IMG/VR virus record: IMGVR_UViG_3300026442_000101
Strand: one strand, 5' to 3'
Length of the DNA: 64,000 bases
Source: a virus
Lineage: Duplodnaviria > Caudoviricetes
The position numbers and the translations under genes were made by a program. Positions 50,400-58,961 of this stretch are shown one piece after another. The notes under the pieces are model-generated. The model searched no databases, was not told the DNA's origin, and was given only the letters and a program-made list of their open reading frames with translations. Positions within the stretch are counted from its first letter, which is position 1, and every line of letters starts with the position of its first letter.

Positions 50400-51128
50400 T
50401 CAACCTACCACCGGCGCAAGGTCTGCGCTGATGATGAACTGCGACCAGTTTTCGTAAACGTCGATGGTATCATCCAGCTCAAAGCCGGTTTGCCATTTGA
50501 CGTCTTCGATTGCATCTTCTTCGCCCGAAGTGACTTCAAGTACTGGCTGTACTTCAACATCGAAGTACACACCGAGGTGAGTCTTGCCGACGTCGTCCGT
50601 GGTGTCATAGATGAAACCTCGCGCTTCCACGCAGAAGTATTCAGGATCATCGGCAATGGTTACGAACTTGCCAAGACCTGGGTGGTAGAACCGCAGCTCT
50701 TCGTCTACCTCACGGATGAACGAAGCGCGCAGCGTCTGGTAGGCGTAGATCACGCCTTTCGGGCTACGGACGTAGTCGATGGAATCGACATGACCTGCAA
50801 ACCCTACCGAACGCTTGCCGGACAGACGCACTTCACCGTTGTTCTGGTCAGGGCGCTTGTACGACAGGGTGGACTTCTTATTACCTTCACCTGGCCACTT
50901 CGACACGGTGCCGTAGGGGATGAAGTGCAGCTCCGTACGAGACGCTTCCATCCGCTTACGGGTACGCGAGACGATGTCCCAGCGTGCGTCGTGGCAGAAC
51001 TTCTCGACGTCTTGCTTGATCACGCCCTGGCGCGGAGTGTTCAGCAGGACGATTGCCTGCATGATCTCCAGGCCGAAGATGCTCTCAAGCTGCTTCTCGT
51101 ACTTGTATTCTTCGTTGATCGGCGACAT
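50400..51128 (-). CDS. NUDIX-fold hydrolase
   Basis: GEVRLSGKRSVGFAGHV, REVDEEL, VGKTHLG. Confidence 0.75.
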   Translation of the reverse strand: MSPINEEYKYEKQLESIFGLEIMQAIVLLNTPRQGVIKQDVEKFCHDARWDIVSRTRKRMEASRTELHFIPYGTVSKWPGEGNKKSTLSYKRPDQNNGEVRLSGKRSVGFAGHVDSIDYVRSPKGVIYAYQTLRASFIREVDEELRFYHPGLGKFVTIADDPEYFCVEARGFIYDTTDDVGKTHLGVYFDVEVQPVLEVTSGEEDAIEDVKWQTGFELDDTIDVYENWSQFIISADLAPVVG

Positions 51129-51130
51129 GT

Positions 51131-52519
51131 TTATTCACCCTTCTCGTCAGCGACGAAACCACGGCTGCGCGGCAGCATGAATTCAGCGATAGATTGGACC
51201 GTGTCGTACGGACGCTGATCGTTGGCATCGATGACGACGTGCAGTTCGATACGACCATCGTTCAAGGTTCTGATCGATACCGAGCGGTCGATGCCTTCCA
51301 GACGCTGGAGAGGATGTTCGTCGATAGGTGTCGAGATCGCAGCGCAGCCGCGAACAGCTTCGCCGATGCGAGCCGGGATGATGGCGTCAAGGCTGCGCGA
51401 CGGCTCCGGGAGATCGAACCAACGTTCAGCCGGGTAGCGGCTACCTTTACGAAGATGGTGGGTGCCGAAGTTGGTTGCGAAGTTGTCGACCACGACCATG
51501 ACATCGACGAGGACATCAGGTTTGTTGGTCATTGCCATCAGCATGTTGCGGATGACATTCGCGCTGACTTCGGTATTCAGCGAATACAGTTGTGCGGTAT
51601 TCCAGGTGGTCTCGACCCAGAATGGCACAACGGCGTTCATGAAGTTCAGGCCTTCGGTGTACTCGACGAATAGATGGCCAGCAGGCGCACCTTCCTGAAT
51701 CGCAGTACCGACCTGAGGAGCAATGATGAAGCCTGGGAGGACTTCAACACCGCCGGCAAGCCAGAGGTCAGGGCAGTTTTCGGTCGGGATCGGCTTAACC
51801 GGATCCATTGCACGGCCTGGCTCGATATCTGCGTGAGCACCTTCGGCCATCAACGAGTCGATGGTCATGGTCGGACGCTTGCGCAGATCACGATCGATCT
51901 CACCCAGGGTTGGGAGGATCTGTGCGAACACTTGCTCGACGTCGACGTTAGCGTCAATGACGCGATAACGATCAGGCTCGCTGAGAGCGAGGTCCAGATA
52001 AGCCTGCTCGGCGCGGGCGTAGTAATCGGAACCCTTGAGCTCCATCGCATCGCGAGTGGAACCTTCAGCGCGCTGGAGTTTGGTGTTCACATCAGCGGTC
52101 AGCAGGAAGGTCATGTCAGGAACGACCTCACCCACGACATGTTTGTCGAGCATGTTGATCAGTTCGACAGGCGCACCGCCGCCGGCGATCTGGTAGGCAT
52201 AGCTCGAATCGACATAGCGATCGGTAATGACGATCCAGCCGTCAGCCAGCAGCGGCTTGATGAGCTGGTTGATGTGAATGTCGCGTGCTGCGAAGAACAA
52301 CAGGAGCTCGGCGATGTCGGAAATCTCCTGCCCGTCCTTCCTTTCGGCAAAAAGAAATTCACGCAGCTTTTCCCCTGCTGGGGTCCCACCTGGCTCGCGA
52401 GTGTAGTGCACTCGGAAACCAGCATCTTCGTAAAACTTGCCAATCTTGGCGCGTTGAGTACTCTTGCCTACCTTGTCGGTACCTTCAAGAGCAATCAGAT
52501 AACCTTTCTGTTGAGTCAT
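51131..52519 (-). CDS. tmk: thymidylate kinase with ~240-aa C-terminal extension
   Basis: EGTDKVGKST, TREPGGT, DRYVDSSYAYQ. Confidence 0.92.
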   Translation of the reverse strand: MTQQKGYLIALEGTDKVGKSTQRAKIGKFYEDAGFRVHYTREPGGTPAGEKLREFLFAERKDGQEISDIAELLLFFAARDIHINQLIKPLLADGWIVITDRYVDSSYAYQIAGGGAPVELINMLDKHVVGEVVPDMTFLLTADVNTKLQRAEGSTRDAMELKGSDYYARAEQAYLDLALSEPDRYRVIDANVDVEQVFAQILPTLGEIDRDLRKRPTMTIDSLMAEGAHADIEPGRAMDPVKPIPTENCPDLWLAGGVEVLPGFIIAPQVGTAIQEGAPAGHLFVEYTEGLNFMNAVVPFWVETTWNTAQLYSLNTEVSANVIRNMLMAMTNKPDVLVDVMVVVDNFATNFGTHHLRKGSRYPAERWFDLPEPSRSLDAIIPARIGEAVRGCAAISTPIDEHPLQRLEGIDRSVSIRTLNDGRIELHVVIDANDQRPYDTVQSIAEFMLPRSRGFVADEKGE

Positions 52520-52568
52520 TGGTTACAGCCTCCGGTTGTACTACATGATAACCGGAGGCTGTAATCTT

Positions 52569-52964
52569 TTACTTAACGAGGAACGGCATCAGATCGCCGA
52601 TTGGATTTTCGCCACCGCCTGCGTGGCCGGTGACGACTGCCATCAGCTTACCGCTCTTCTTATCAATGGTCAGCTTCTGGAGGATCAGCGGCTGGCCGCG
52701 GTATTCGCCTTTACGCATCGTTACCACCATGCCTGGAATCGGGCTCCACGCATCAGTAACGTCGATCACTGGGGTCGGTCCGGTTTCATCAACCAGATCG
52801 CCTTCAATCAGGGATCGTTCCAGACGTGCGATGATTTCAGAGTTCATCGAACGGTGATGTTCACGAGCTACTTCTGCGATACGCTCACGCATGCCATCAG
52901 GCAGACGAACAACGAATTTGTCAGCAGTGCGGGAGGAGTATACAGCTTGTTTCATTGGACGCAT
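52569..52964 (-). CDS. amrZ: AmrZ/AlgZ-like Arc-family (ribbon-helix-helix) transcription regulator
   Basis: [49 protein letters not shown] is nearly identical to the Pseudomonas AmrZ N-terminal domain as I recall it. Confidence 0.9.
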   Translation of the reverse strand: MRPMKQAVYSSRTADKFVVRLPDGMRERIAEVAREHHRSMNSEIIARLERSLIEGDLVDETGPTPVIDVTDAWSPIPGMVVTMRKGEYRGQPLILQKLTIDKKSGKLMAVVTGHAGGGENPIGDLMPFLVK

Positions 52965-53020
52965 TTACAACTTCCTTTTAAGATAATGACCTTCACGGTC
53001 GGTATGGTATTGCAGGTCTA

Positions 53021-53031
53021 CAATGTGTGAC
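53021..53031 (-). promoter_or_regulatory. putative phage promoter motif upstream of amrZ
   Basis: GTCACACATTG on minus strand. Confidence 0.55.
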
Positions 53032-53047
53032 CGTAGTTAATTTAACT

Positions 53048-53081
53048 GCATAAAGCCCCGGTGTCAACCGGGGCGTTATGT
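53048..53081. terminator. hairpin terminator with CATA/TATG flanks
   Basis: GCCCCGG-TGTCAA-CCGGGGC. Confidence 0.7.
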
Positions 53082-54173
53082 TTATTTGACGGAGGCCGAG
53101 ATCAACTTGTCGAGCGCTTTGAGCGTTCTGACGAGCTGGTCGATCATTGGCTGGTCGTAATAGTAGTTGACGGGGTCGTAGGAGTTATCCACCAACTCAG
53201 TCACCGAGTAGAACGCGTTCTCGTTCTTCTCGTTCTTCTCGAACTTACCGTTGCGAGCAGCCCATTTGAAATCGTCCATCACGTCGGTGTACCACCACTC
53301 ATGACGACCGTACTGATCGTCAAGGATACCAAGGATCCTGAACATGAGCTTACCGGCTTTCTCCACACCGTTGACGGTAAGGGCTGGCCAGTAGCTTGGG
53401 CTGTTCTGAGGCTCTTGTACGATGGAGTGGTAGATGTCGCGTTTGACTTCGATCTTGAAGTTACCGAGTGTACCGCGCGGCACTTTCAGCGCATTCATTG
53501 GTCCTGCGATCTTGGCTTGCTCAGCCAGGAGCTTGACCTTTGCTTCGGTGTAGTCATCGGCTTTGAGGAATTCACCCCAGAGCGTTTCCATCTTGCCCAT
53601 GTACTTGGTCATTTCCCGACTGTAATCGATCAGGAACTTCTCGATCTCGTTGACGCCTTTCTCGATGCCGTCGAGCAGGTTCTGAGGCCAAGGCTTCAGG
53701 CGTAGCAGAGGACCAATGTCACCGAACGGGATCATGGCGTCGGTCACTTCGATCTGCGACAGCCATTCCTTGTTCGTGTAGGTGCCCTGCACCGTCTTCT
53801 CAGCTTTCTGGATGAAGGTCCACTTCGATTCGTAGATCTCGTTGCTGTCTTCATCTTTCTTCTTCGTGCCGCTGAAGAAGTTGGTCAAGCCGACCACGAT
53901 ATCCCACAGCAGGCCTTTAGCCTCCATGGATTCATCGCCCTTCTTGTCATCTTTCTTTTTGTCGCTCTTCTTTTCTTTCTTATCCTTCTTGTCGTCGTCT
54001 TCTGCTTTCTCCGGCAGATTCTCGTACCACTTAGGATCTTCCTTGCGTTTCTTCTTATCTTCGGCGTGCCACTCCCTGGCTTGTTCCTGGTTTATGTGGC
54101 GGGCCTCAGCGAAGTCCTTGTTGTAAGACGCGATCTCGAAAAGCTTGTACTGGGCCTTACTTTTGCTGGGCAT
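53082..54173 (-). CDS. probable virion head protein with charged propeptide (start reassigned to MPSKSKAQ)
   Basis: K/D-rich linker then ESME|A site and amphipathic LLWDIVVGLTNFF helix; longer start crosses a terminator. Confidence 0.75.
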   Translation of the reverse strand: MPSKSKAQYKLFEIASYNKDFAEARHINQEQAREWHAEDKKKRKEDPKWYENLPEKAEDDDKKDKKEKKSDKKKDDKKGDESMEAKGLLWDIVVGLTNFFSGTKKKDEDSNEIYESKWTFIQKAEKTVQGTYTNKEWLSQIEVTDAMIPFGDIGPLLRLKPWPQNLLDGIEKGVNEIEKFLIDYSREMTKYMGKMETLWGEFLKADDYTEAKVKLLAEQAKIAGPMNALKVPRGTLGNFKIEVKRDIYHSIVQEPQNSPSYWPALTVNGVEKAGKLMFRILGILDDQYGRHEWWYTDVMDDFKWAARNGKFEKNEKNENAFYSVTELVDNSYDPVNYYYDQPMIDQLVRTLKALDKLISASVK

Positions 54174-54191
54174 ACTTGCCACTCCGCTGAC

Positions 54192-54228
54192 AAAAAAAAA
54201 GAAAGGAATGAGGCGGCTGGGCCGCCTC
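54192..54228 (-). terminator. rho-independent terminator
   Basis: GAGGCGGC-TGG-GCCGCCTC plus A9. Confidence 0.65.
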
Positions 54229-54238
54229 TGACATATCC

Positions 54239-54526
54239 TTACTCGGCGCGTATGCAGCAGCCGATTGCGGTGTAGCCATAGACCATGAAGGTCGAGTATA
54301 CGGTGGCCCAGATGCTCCACGACATACCGAAGTAGTTGTAGGCGATCAAGAACAGCCCCAAACTCACGACGTCGATGCTGGCGGACCATTTACCCAGCGC
54401 ACGGTGGTAGCTGACCAAGTAACGCGCACCTTCCCTGAAACCAATCCCGTAGATCAGGATGCCGACACTGAAAGTGGCGCCGCCGACGGTAAGTATAGCG
54501 ATAACGATGTCGATGAAGTTAAGCAT
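54239..54526 (-). CDS. membrane protein (3 TM)
   Basis: Hydrophobic 95-aa ORF; GGAGG SD. Confidence 0.75.
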   Translation of the reverse strand: MLNFIDIVIAILTVGGATFSVGILIYGIGFREGARYLVSYHRALGKWSASIDVVSLGLFLIAYNYFGMSWSIWATVYSTFMVYGYTAIGCCIRAE

Positions 54527-54559
54527 TGGTTGACCTCCTCGGTCGATGGTTGAATCGAG

Positions 54560-54655
54560 TTACATGTACCCGCGTTTGTGGAGTTGGGAGATTACGATGT
54601 TGGCTACAACCACTACGGTTACGCCTACAGCTACACTGCGAAGAAAGTTAGCCAT
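54560..54655 (-). CDS. 31-aa membrane microprotein (not in ORF track)
   Basis: MANFLRSVAVGVTVVVVANIVISQLHKRGYM; GAGGAG SD. Confidence 0.6.
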   Translation of the reverse strand: MANFLRSVAVGVTVVVVANIVISQLHKRGYM

Positions 54656-54703
54656 GATGTTACTCCTCGGTTAGGGACAAAAGACAGCGCATGTCTATGC
54701 TGG

Positions 54704-54713
54704 TAATGTGTGC
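54704..54713 (-). promoter_or_regulatory. putative phage promoter motif
   Basis: GCACACATTA on minus strand. Confidence 0.55.
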
Positions 54714-54723
54714 CTTGGGAAAT

Positions 54724-55104
54724 TTAGAGTGCGATTCGCTGCGCACGCGCATACAGCAAGCGCGGCCAGATCGCACTCTTCTTTATGCCGTCCACAGTGG
54801 AGAGGTGTTGATAGATCTCTTCCAATTGATCGGCGCGGTTATCTCCGTAGAGCGGAGATGGCTTGTCATGACACTGGGCGAATGCGCACCAGTCACGATA
54901 CTTCAGATCGTCGATGATAGTGACGATCCTCACGTAGTGGTGCTTGCCGTCCACGGTCTTGCGCAGCATGGCTTGTTCAGCCAGATCCGCTTTGCGCAGC
55001 AGTGTGTAGTGCAGGCACTTCTGCCCATGGAACTCGTAGTGCTCAGGGAAGAACACTCGACCTTCAGCATCGTGGGTTACCTTTACTTGACCTTCCATGT
55101 TCAT
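54724..55104 (-). CDS. hypothetical protein
   Basis: 126 aa; ATGA overlap. Confidence 0.7.
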   Translation of the reverse strand: MNMEGQVKVTHDAEGRVFFPEHYEFHGQKCLHYTLLRKADLAEQAMLRKTVDGKHHYVRIVTIIDDLKYRDWCAFAQCHDKPSPLYGDNRADQLEEIYQHLSTVDGIKKSAIWPRLLYARAQRIAL

Positions 55105-55244
55105 TCTCCTTGCACCGATGCAAAAGCGGCGCGAGCGGCCTGGGCGTTGCCAGATTCGTTGAAGAAGTTGTTGGCAGTCATGCTAGCGAACAGTGCGCCA
55201 ATCATGATACCAGTCAGGGCCAGCTTAAAAGGTTTGTATTTCAT
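55101..55244 (-). CDS. 47-aa exported or membrane microprotein (not in ORF track)
   Basis: MKYKPFKLALTGIMIGALFASM...; GGAGG SD. Confidence 0.6.
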   Translation of the reverse strand: MKYKPFKLALTGIMIGALFASMTANNFFNESGNAQAARAAFASVQGE

Positions 55245-55308
55245 GTTGACCTCCGCGGTCGTTGTATGTTCGGGTTAGGGTAGTCACTATTGACTACCCT
55301 TCCTAGGT

Positions 55309-55761
55309 TTAGCGTGTGATCGAATCTACGGCATTGCTCAGCATTTCGCGAGCTACCATCGGGGTGATGTGTTCAACATCGACGATGGTCTCGAGAGTCC
55401 ACAACCAGATGATGTCATCCACCTCGTGCGGCATCTCGGTACGGTGCACGTTCAGCAGGGTGTTCTTAGCCACTGGGATGGTTACTTCCTCAGTGACTCG
55501 CTCCATGCCGAGGTTCATGCACCAGCGTTTGTACAGATCTTTCATCCGACGCTCGCCGGCTTCATCCGCGACGATGAAGCTGACGTAGAACCGGACCTTA
55601 CCTTCTTCTGGCGCGCCGATGCTGCTGGCGAGCGTGGCGACGGTTGGGATCTTGTTGATCTTTCGGCAGATGCTGTGCATGCCGTGATCAAGTTCCGTCG
55701 GGTGTACCTTGCTAAAGCGGGCCTTCGCTTTAGCCACTTCTTTTTCACTGGCGTAAAACAT
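55309..55761 (-). CDS. hypothetical protein (start at MFYA)
   Basis: GGAGG SD. Confidence 0.7.
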   Translation of the reverse strand: MFYASEKEVAKAKARFSKVHPTELDHGMHSICRKINKIPTVATLASSIGAPEEGKVRFYVSFIVADEAGERRMKDLYKRWCMNLGMERVTEEVTIPVAKNTLLNVHRTEMPHEVDDIIWLWTLETIVDVEHITPMVAREMLSNAVDSITR

Positions 55762-55801
55762 GGCGGACCTCCGAGGTCTCAAGGTGTGCTATCGCGCTGA
55801 C

Positions 55802-55811
55802 TATGTGTGAC
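55802..55811 (-). promoter_or_regulatory. putative phage promoter motif
   Basis: GTCACACATA on minus strand. Confidence 0.55.
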
Positions 55812-55838
55812 TGAAAACTTTTTAGATGCGATAAGATG

Positions 55839-55876
55839 CGGCATAAGCGGGCGGTTTCCCGCCCGCCGTCTATGCC
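55839..55876. terminator. hairpin terminator with CATA/TATG flanks
   Basis: GCGGGCGG-TTTC-CCGCCCGC. Confidence 0.7.
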
Positions 55877-55877
55877 G

Positions 55878-56333
55878 TTACCAGTCGTACACGTAGAGCG
55901 TATCGGTAACGTTGTTATCACCGAACCGTGCTTCGATCAAAGGCCTGACCTCGGTCCTGTAATCCAACGTCCCCGTCGTTTCGCCACATCCGATCCTCGG
56001 GATATGACACTCCGTGATTAGATTCTGCTCCATGTACTTATCGAGCCGCGCCAGCGTTACCTTGATGAGATCAGGAACGGATGGATCAGGCCAATGGTAC
56101 TTGGTAGGAAGGAACGCTAAGGTGAATGCATCAACCTCGTAAGTTACGAGTTCGCCCGTTGCGATCCGGCCTCGTCTACATGCCTTGACGTAGTGCTCGT
56201 GAGCTTTCTTCCAGCGCTCCCGCATGTAACAGGCAAGGCCTTTACCAGCCACGCCTACGGTGTTTACCGGAATGCCTACGAGCGAGCCTTTAGGGGCCAG
56301 CTTCAGCATGTCTCCTTTTATATCGACAAGCAT
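55878..56333 (-). CDS. DarG-like macrodomain (ADP-ribosylhydrolase fold)
   Basis: PVNTVGVAGKGLA, LPTKYHW, IPRIGCG..G.LD. Confidence 0.85.
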   Translation of the reverse strand: MLVDIKGDMLKLAPKGSLVGIPVNTVGVAGKGLACYMRERWKKAHEHYVKACRRGRIATGELVTYEVDAFTLAFLPTKYHWPDPSVPDLIKVTLARLDKYMEQNLITECHIPRIGCGETTGTLDYRTEVRPLIEARFGDNNVTDTLYVYDW

Positions 56334-56337
56334 AGTC

Positions 56338-57087
56338 CTACCTCAGAATATCGCGCATCTCTAGAAGGACCTCTCTACCGTGCATGCTCTCGTAATACTC
56401 CAGTAGACCCGGAGATCCGTGGACCTGCAACATCTCCGTAGGTCTGGTTTCCATCTTCTTCAGCAGAGAGTCGTAGTCGCCATGAGCACTGGTGACGTCC
56501 TTGGCTGCATTCTTCGACATCCCAGGAATCCCTAGTGCATAGAGATGATCGGAAAACTCGATGGCGTGAGGGTCGTCGAGCATGGTCATCCAGTCCAGTG
56601 CATCGCGCATCGACATACCCACCTCGACCAAATGATGACCGCGCAGGGAATAGAGATCAGGGATGCCGCGCACCAACCCTTTGTCGTAAAGGGCCTTCAC
56701 GGTTACTTGCTCGAGGGGAGCTTTCATCAGGTCGAGGTATCGCACGATCCTAGGGATTATCTGGTCACGGCAACTGTGAGACTTGGTGCACTTAAGAGAG
56801 GTCTTCCGAGGATAGGTCAGCAGTGCGCTGTTACACGACGGGCATTTGTCAGGTATGGCGGTTGGATGAGCATCGACTGGACGTTCGCATTTAATGACCG
56901 AAGTGATCTCACCGAACTTGTCGACCTCGATAGTGTCGCCTACCAATACCGCGTGATAACTGAGCAGGTGAACGTTACGCAGAACCACCTGACCTTTATC
57001 GTCGAGGACGATCACCGGCTTCACGTCACCAGTGCTCGCGGTCATGAACACGATGTCCGTGACCACGGCGCGTTTACCGTTTAGCAT
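56338..57087 (-). CDS. stand-alone C-terminal part of NAD-dependent DNA ligase (OB, Zn finger, HhH); no adenylation domain
   Basis: STGDVKPV, GDTIEV, IPDKCPSC...C...C, LVRGIPDLYSL, LYALGIPG. Confidence 0.75.
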   Translation of the reverse strand: MLNGKRAVVTDIVFMTASTGDVKPVIVLDDKGQVVLRNVHLLSYHAVLVGDTIEVDKFGEITSVIKCERPVDAHPTAIPDKCPSCNSALLTYPRKTSLKCTKSHSCRDQIIPRIVRYLDLMKAPLEQVTVKALYDKGLVRGIPDLYSLRGHHLVEVGMSMRDALDWMTMLDDPHAIEFSDHLYALGIPGMSKNAAKDVTSAHGDYDSLLKKMETRPTEMLQVHGSPGLLEYYESMHGREVLLEMRDILR

Positions 57088-57670
57088 TGTCTACCGCCCT
57101 TTGCATTAGTACCGAGCTGACGAAGTGATCGACTCGGTTAAATACATCTTCGTAATAGAGGTTGTACACCGGGATGAAATGCTCTACGGCAATCCGCACG
57201 GCAGTCGCCGTACCGCCTTTCACCCGACCTTGTTTACCGGACGGGATAGCCCAGGTGAGCACAAAGTCCACGTTGCTGCAAAGATCGTCTCCTAGGACCT
57301 GGTACGGGTTCCTGGAATGCAGCATGATCCCCTTCTCATAGAGGCCGTGCCAACTACCGCGCGCTAGCTCCGCAATGATCTTTGCTATGTCGTAGTTCTC
57401 AAACTTAGTAGCGTCGTAAAAACCGTTAGCTGGATCATGATGGAGATCAGCCATTCCATCCCATGCGAGATAGATGCGGTTCTTTGACTTATCGGAAGCT
57501 TTGTGGCCGTAAGCGCCCTTTAGCGCTGCGTAGTCCATCCCTTTAGGACAGCCTCCTGAATAAATGGCATAGCCTAGCTCTACGAGGATGTTTGTGAACC
57601 TCTTAGCGAGCAGGCATACATTGTCTGGGGTTTCCCTCGAGCCGATGACGGCAACTCGTTTGGTAGCCAC
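57074..57670 (-). CDS. SLOG/DprA-like Rossmann-fold protein
   Basis: VAVIGSRETP, SGGCPKGMD, KGGTATAVRIA. Confidence 0.8.
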   Translation of the reverse strand: MATKRVAVIGSRETPDNVCLLAKRFTNILVELGYAIYSGGCPKGMDYAALKGAYGHKASDKSKNRIYLAWDGMADLHHDPANGFYDATKFENYDIAKIIAELARGSWHGLYEKGIMLHSRNPYQVLGDDLCSNVDFVLTWAIPSGKQGRVKGGTATAVRIAVEHFIPVYNLYYEDVFNRVDHFVSSVLMQRAVDNAKR

Positions 57671-57751
57671 ATTGCCTCCAAAAGATCCTATGGGAGTGGG
57701 TCTGTTTGCTACGATCCACCGTTTCTATAATAGCTGTGGCGAGCGTGTAAA

Positions 57752-58918
57752 ATGACAGGTATTTTGAAGCAGCTATCGGCCAGTTGTATCGCTAATGTTG
57801 CCACGGATAACTACGAGGCCGAGGCTGCAAAGATCCTCCATCTGAACGACCAGATCGATCGAGCGACTCAGGCTCTCAACATCGTCAGCGGGTACGATCG
57901 TAAACTCGCCGATGGTTGGTTACCAACCACTCAGTTCGACCGCAGCAACTACCAGCAAAGCATGGAGAGCGCAAGTGCGCTCACTTATGACTTCATGCAG
58001 CTGGACGTCGGTTACAGCACTGAGGCCTCTGAAAAGTCTCCGGGTATGCTCAAGCGTATCTGGGAATGGATCAAAGCGGCCGTTTCCAACTTGATGAAGA
58101 TGATTCGCAAGTTCATGGGGCTGCAGAAGACCAAGCTCATCCGCGTTGAGGCCGACCTCAAGAAGATGCTGGAAGCCATCGGTCGTATCGCAAAGGATAA
58201 AGCCGAGCCATTCTCCGATAGTCGCCGTCCTAACGACCCGTACGTGATCAACGCCAGTGGCGCGTTTGTTGGTACGGGGAACATTCGTTCAGGTCTGGAC
58301 GCTTGTGCCAAAGCCACCAATACCATCGTCAGTAACATCGAGAAGTTGGTGAACTTCGACGCGACATCGGTAACTCCGGTCAAGAACAAAGTCGAGACCG
58401 GCGGTATGATCCGGAGCAAGTTAGGCCTTGAGTACAAATTCAATCTAATCGGCGAAATGAAGCTCGACATCGGCATCGCGACCGTTAACGTTGAGGGCCG
58501 TTCCGGTATGAAGCACCACACTTATACCGGCGCTGTACTCGCAGCCTCTGCCATGAAAGAGGCCTGCCAAACTTCCCTCAAAGCCATCGATGAACTAAGC
58601 AGTGGCGAAGCCGCTGCCGTCAAGTCGCTGAATAAGTTCGATCAGCGGATCGAGGCTATTCGTAAGAAGAATTACGAAGCGCTGGGCAATCGCCACTACG
58701 ATGCCATGAAGCAGAAGATGGAAGCAAACCGCCGGGGACCTCAGGTCGATTACGACAAGCTGGAACAAGACGCCAACGTATTCAACGCCTTGACCACCAT
58801 GATCGACTCTCACTGCCGTGCGATCAGTCAGACCTACTTCGCTGGGCTGACTTACCTCGGTTCGATCAAGCATTTCGTGCGCGCGAACCTCGAACAATAT
58901 CGAGAGCTAGCCGAGTAA
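57752..58918 (+). CDS. phiKZ-like inner head protein paralog
   Basis: YSTE|ASEKSPGMLKRIWEWIK. Confidence 0.8.
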   Translation: MTGILKQLSASCIANVATDNYEAEAAKILHLNDQIDRATQALNIVSGYDRKLADGWLPTTQFDRSNYQQSMESASALTYDFMQLDVGYSTEASEKSPGMLKRIWEWIKAAVSNLMKMIRKFMGLQKTKLIRVEADLKKMLEAIGRIAKDKAEPFSDSRRPNDPYVINASGAFVGTGNIRSGLDACAKATNTIVSNIEKLVNFDATSVTPVKNKVETGGMIRSKLGLEYKFNLIGEMKLDIGIATVNVEGRSGMKHHTYTGAVLAASAMKEACQTSLKAIDELSSGEAAAVKSLNKFDQRIEAIRKKNYEALGNRHYDAMKQKMEANRRGPQVDYDKLEQDANVFNALTTMIDSHCRAISQTYFAGLTYLGSIKHFVRANLEQYRELAE

Positions 58919-58961
58919 CCAAATTCTATAGCCATCCATTCCCCTGATCAGGAAGTGAAAC

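Noticed and set aside
53935-54000. TTCTT-rich repeat-like tract
   Set aside because: Simply encodes the K/D low-complexity linker; not a regular tandem repeat.
54174-54389. N-terminal 72 aa of ORF 53082..54389
   Set aside because: Crosses a terminator and overlaps the upstream membrane gene in another frame.
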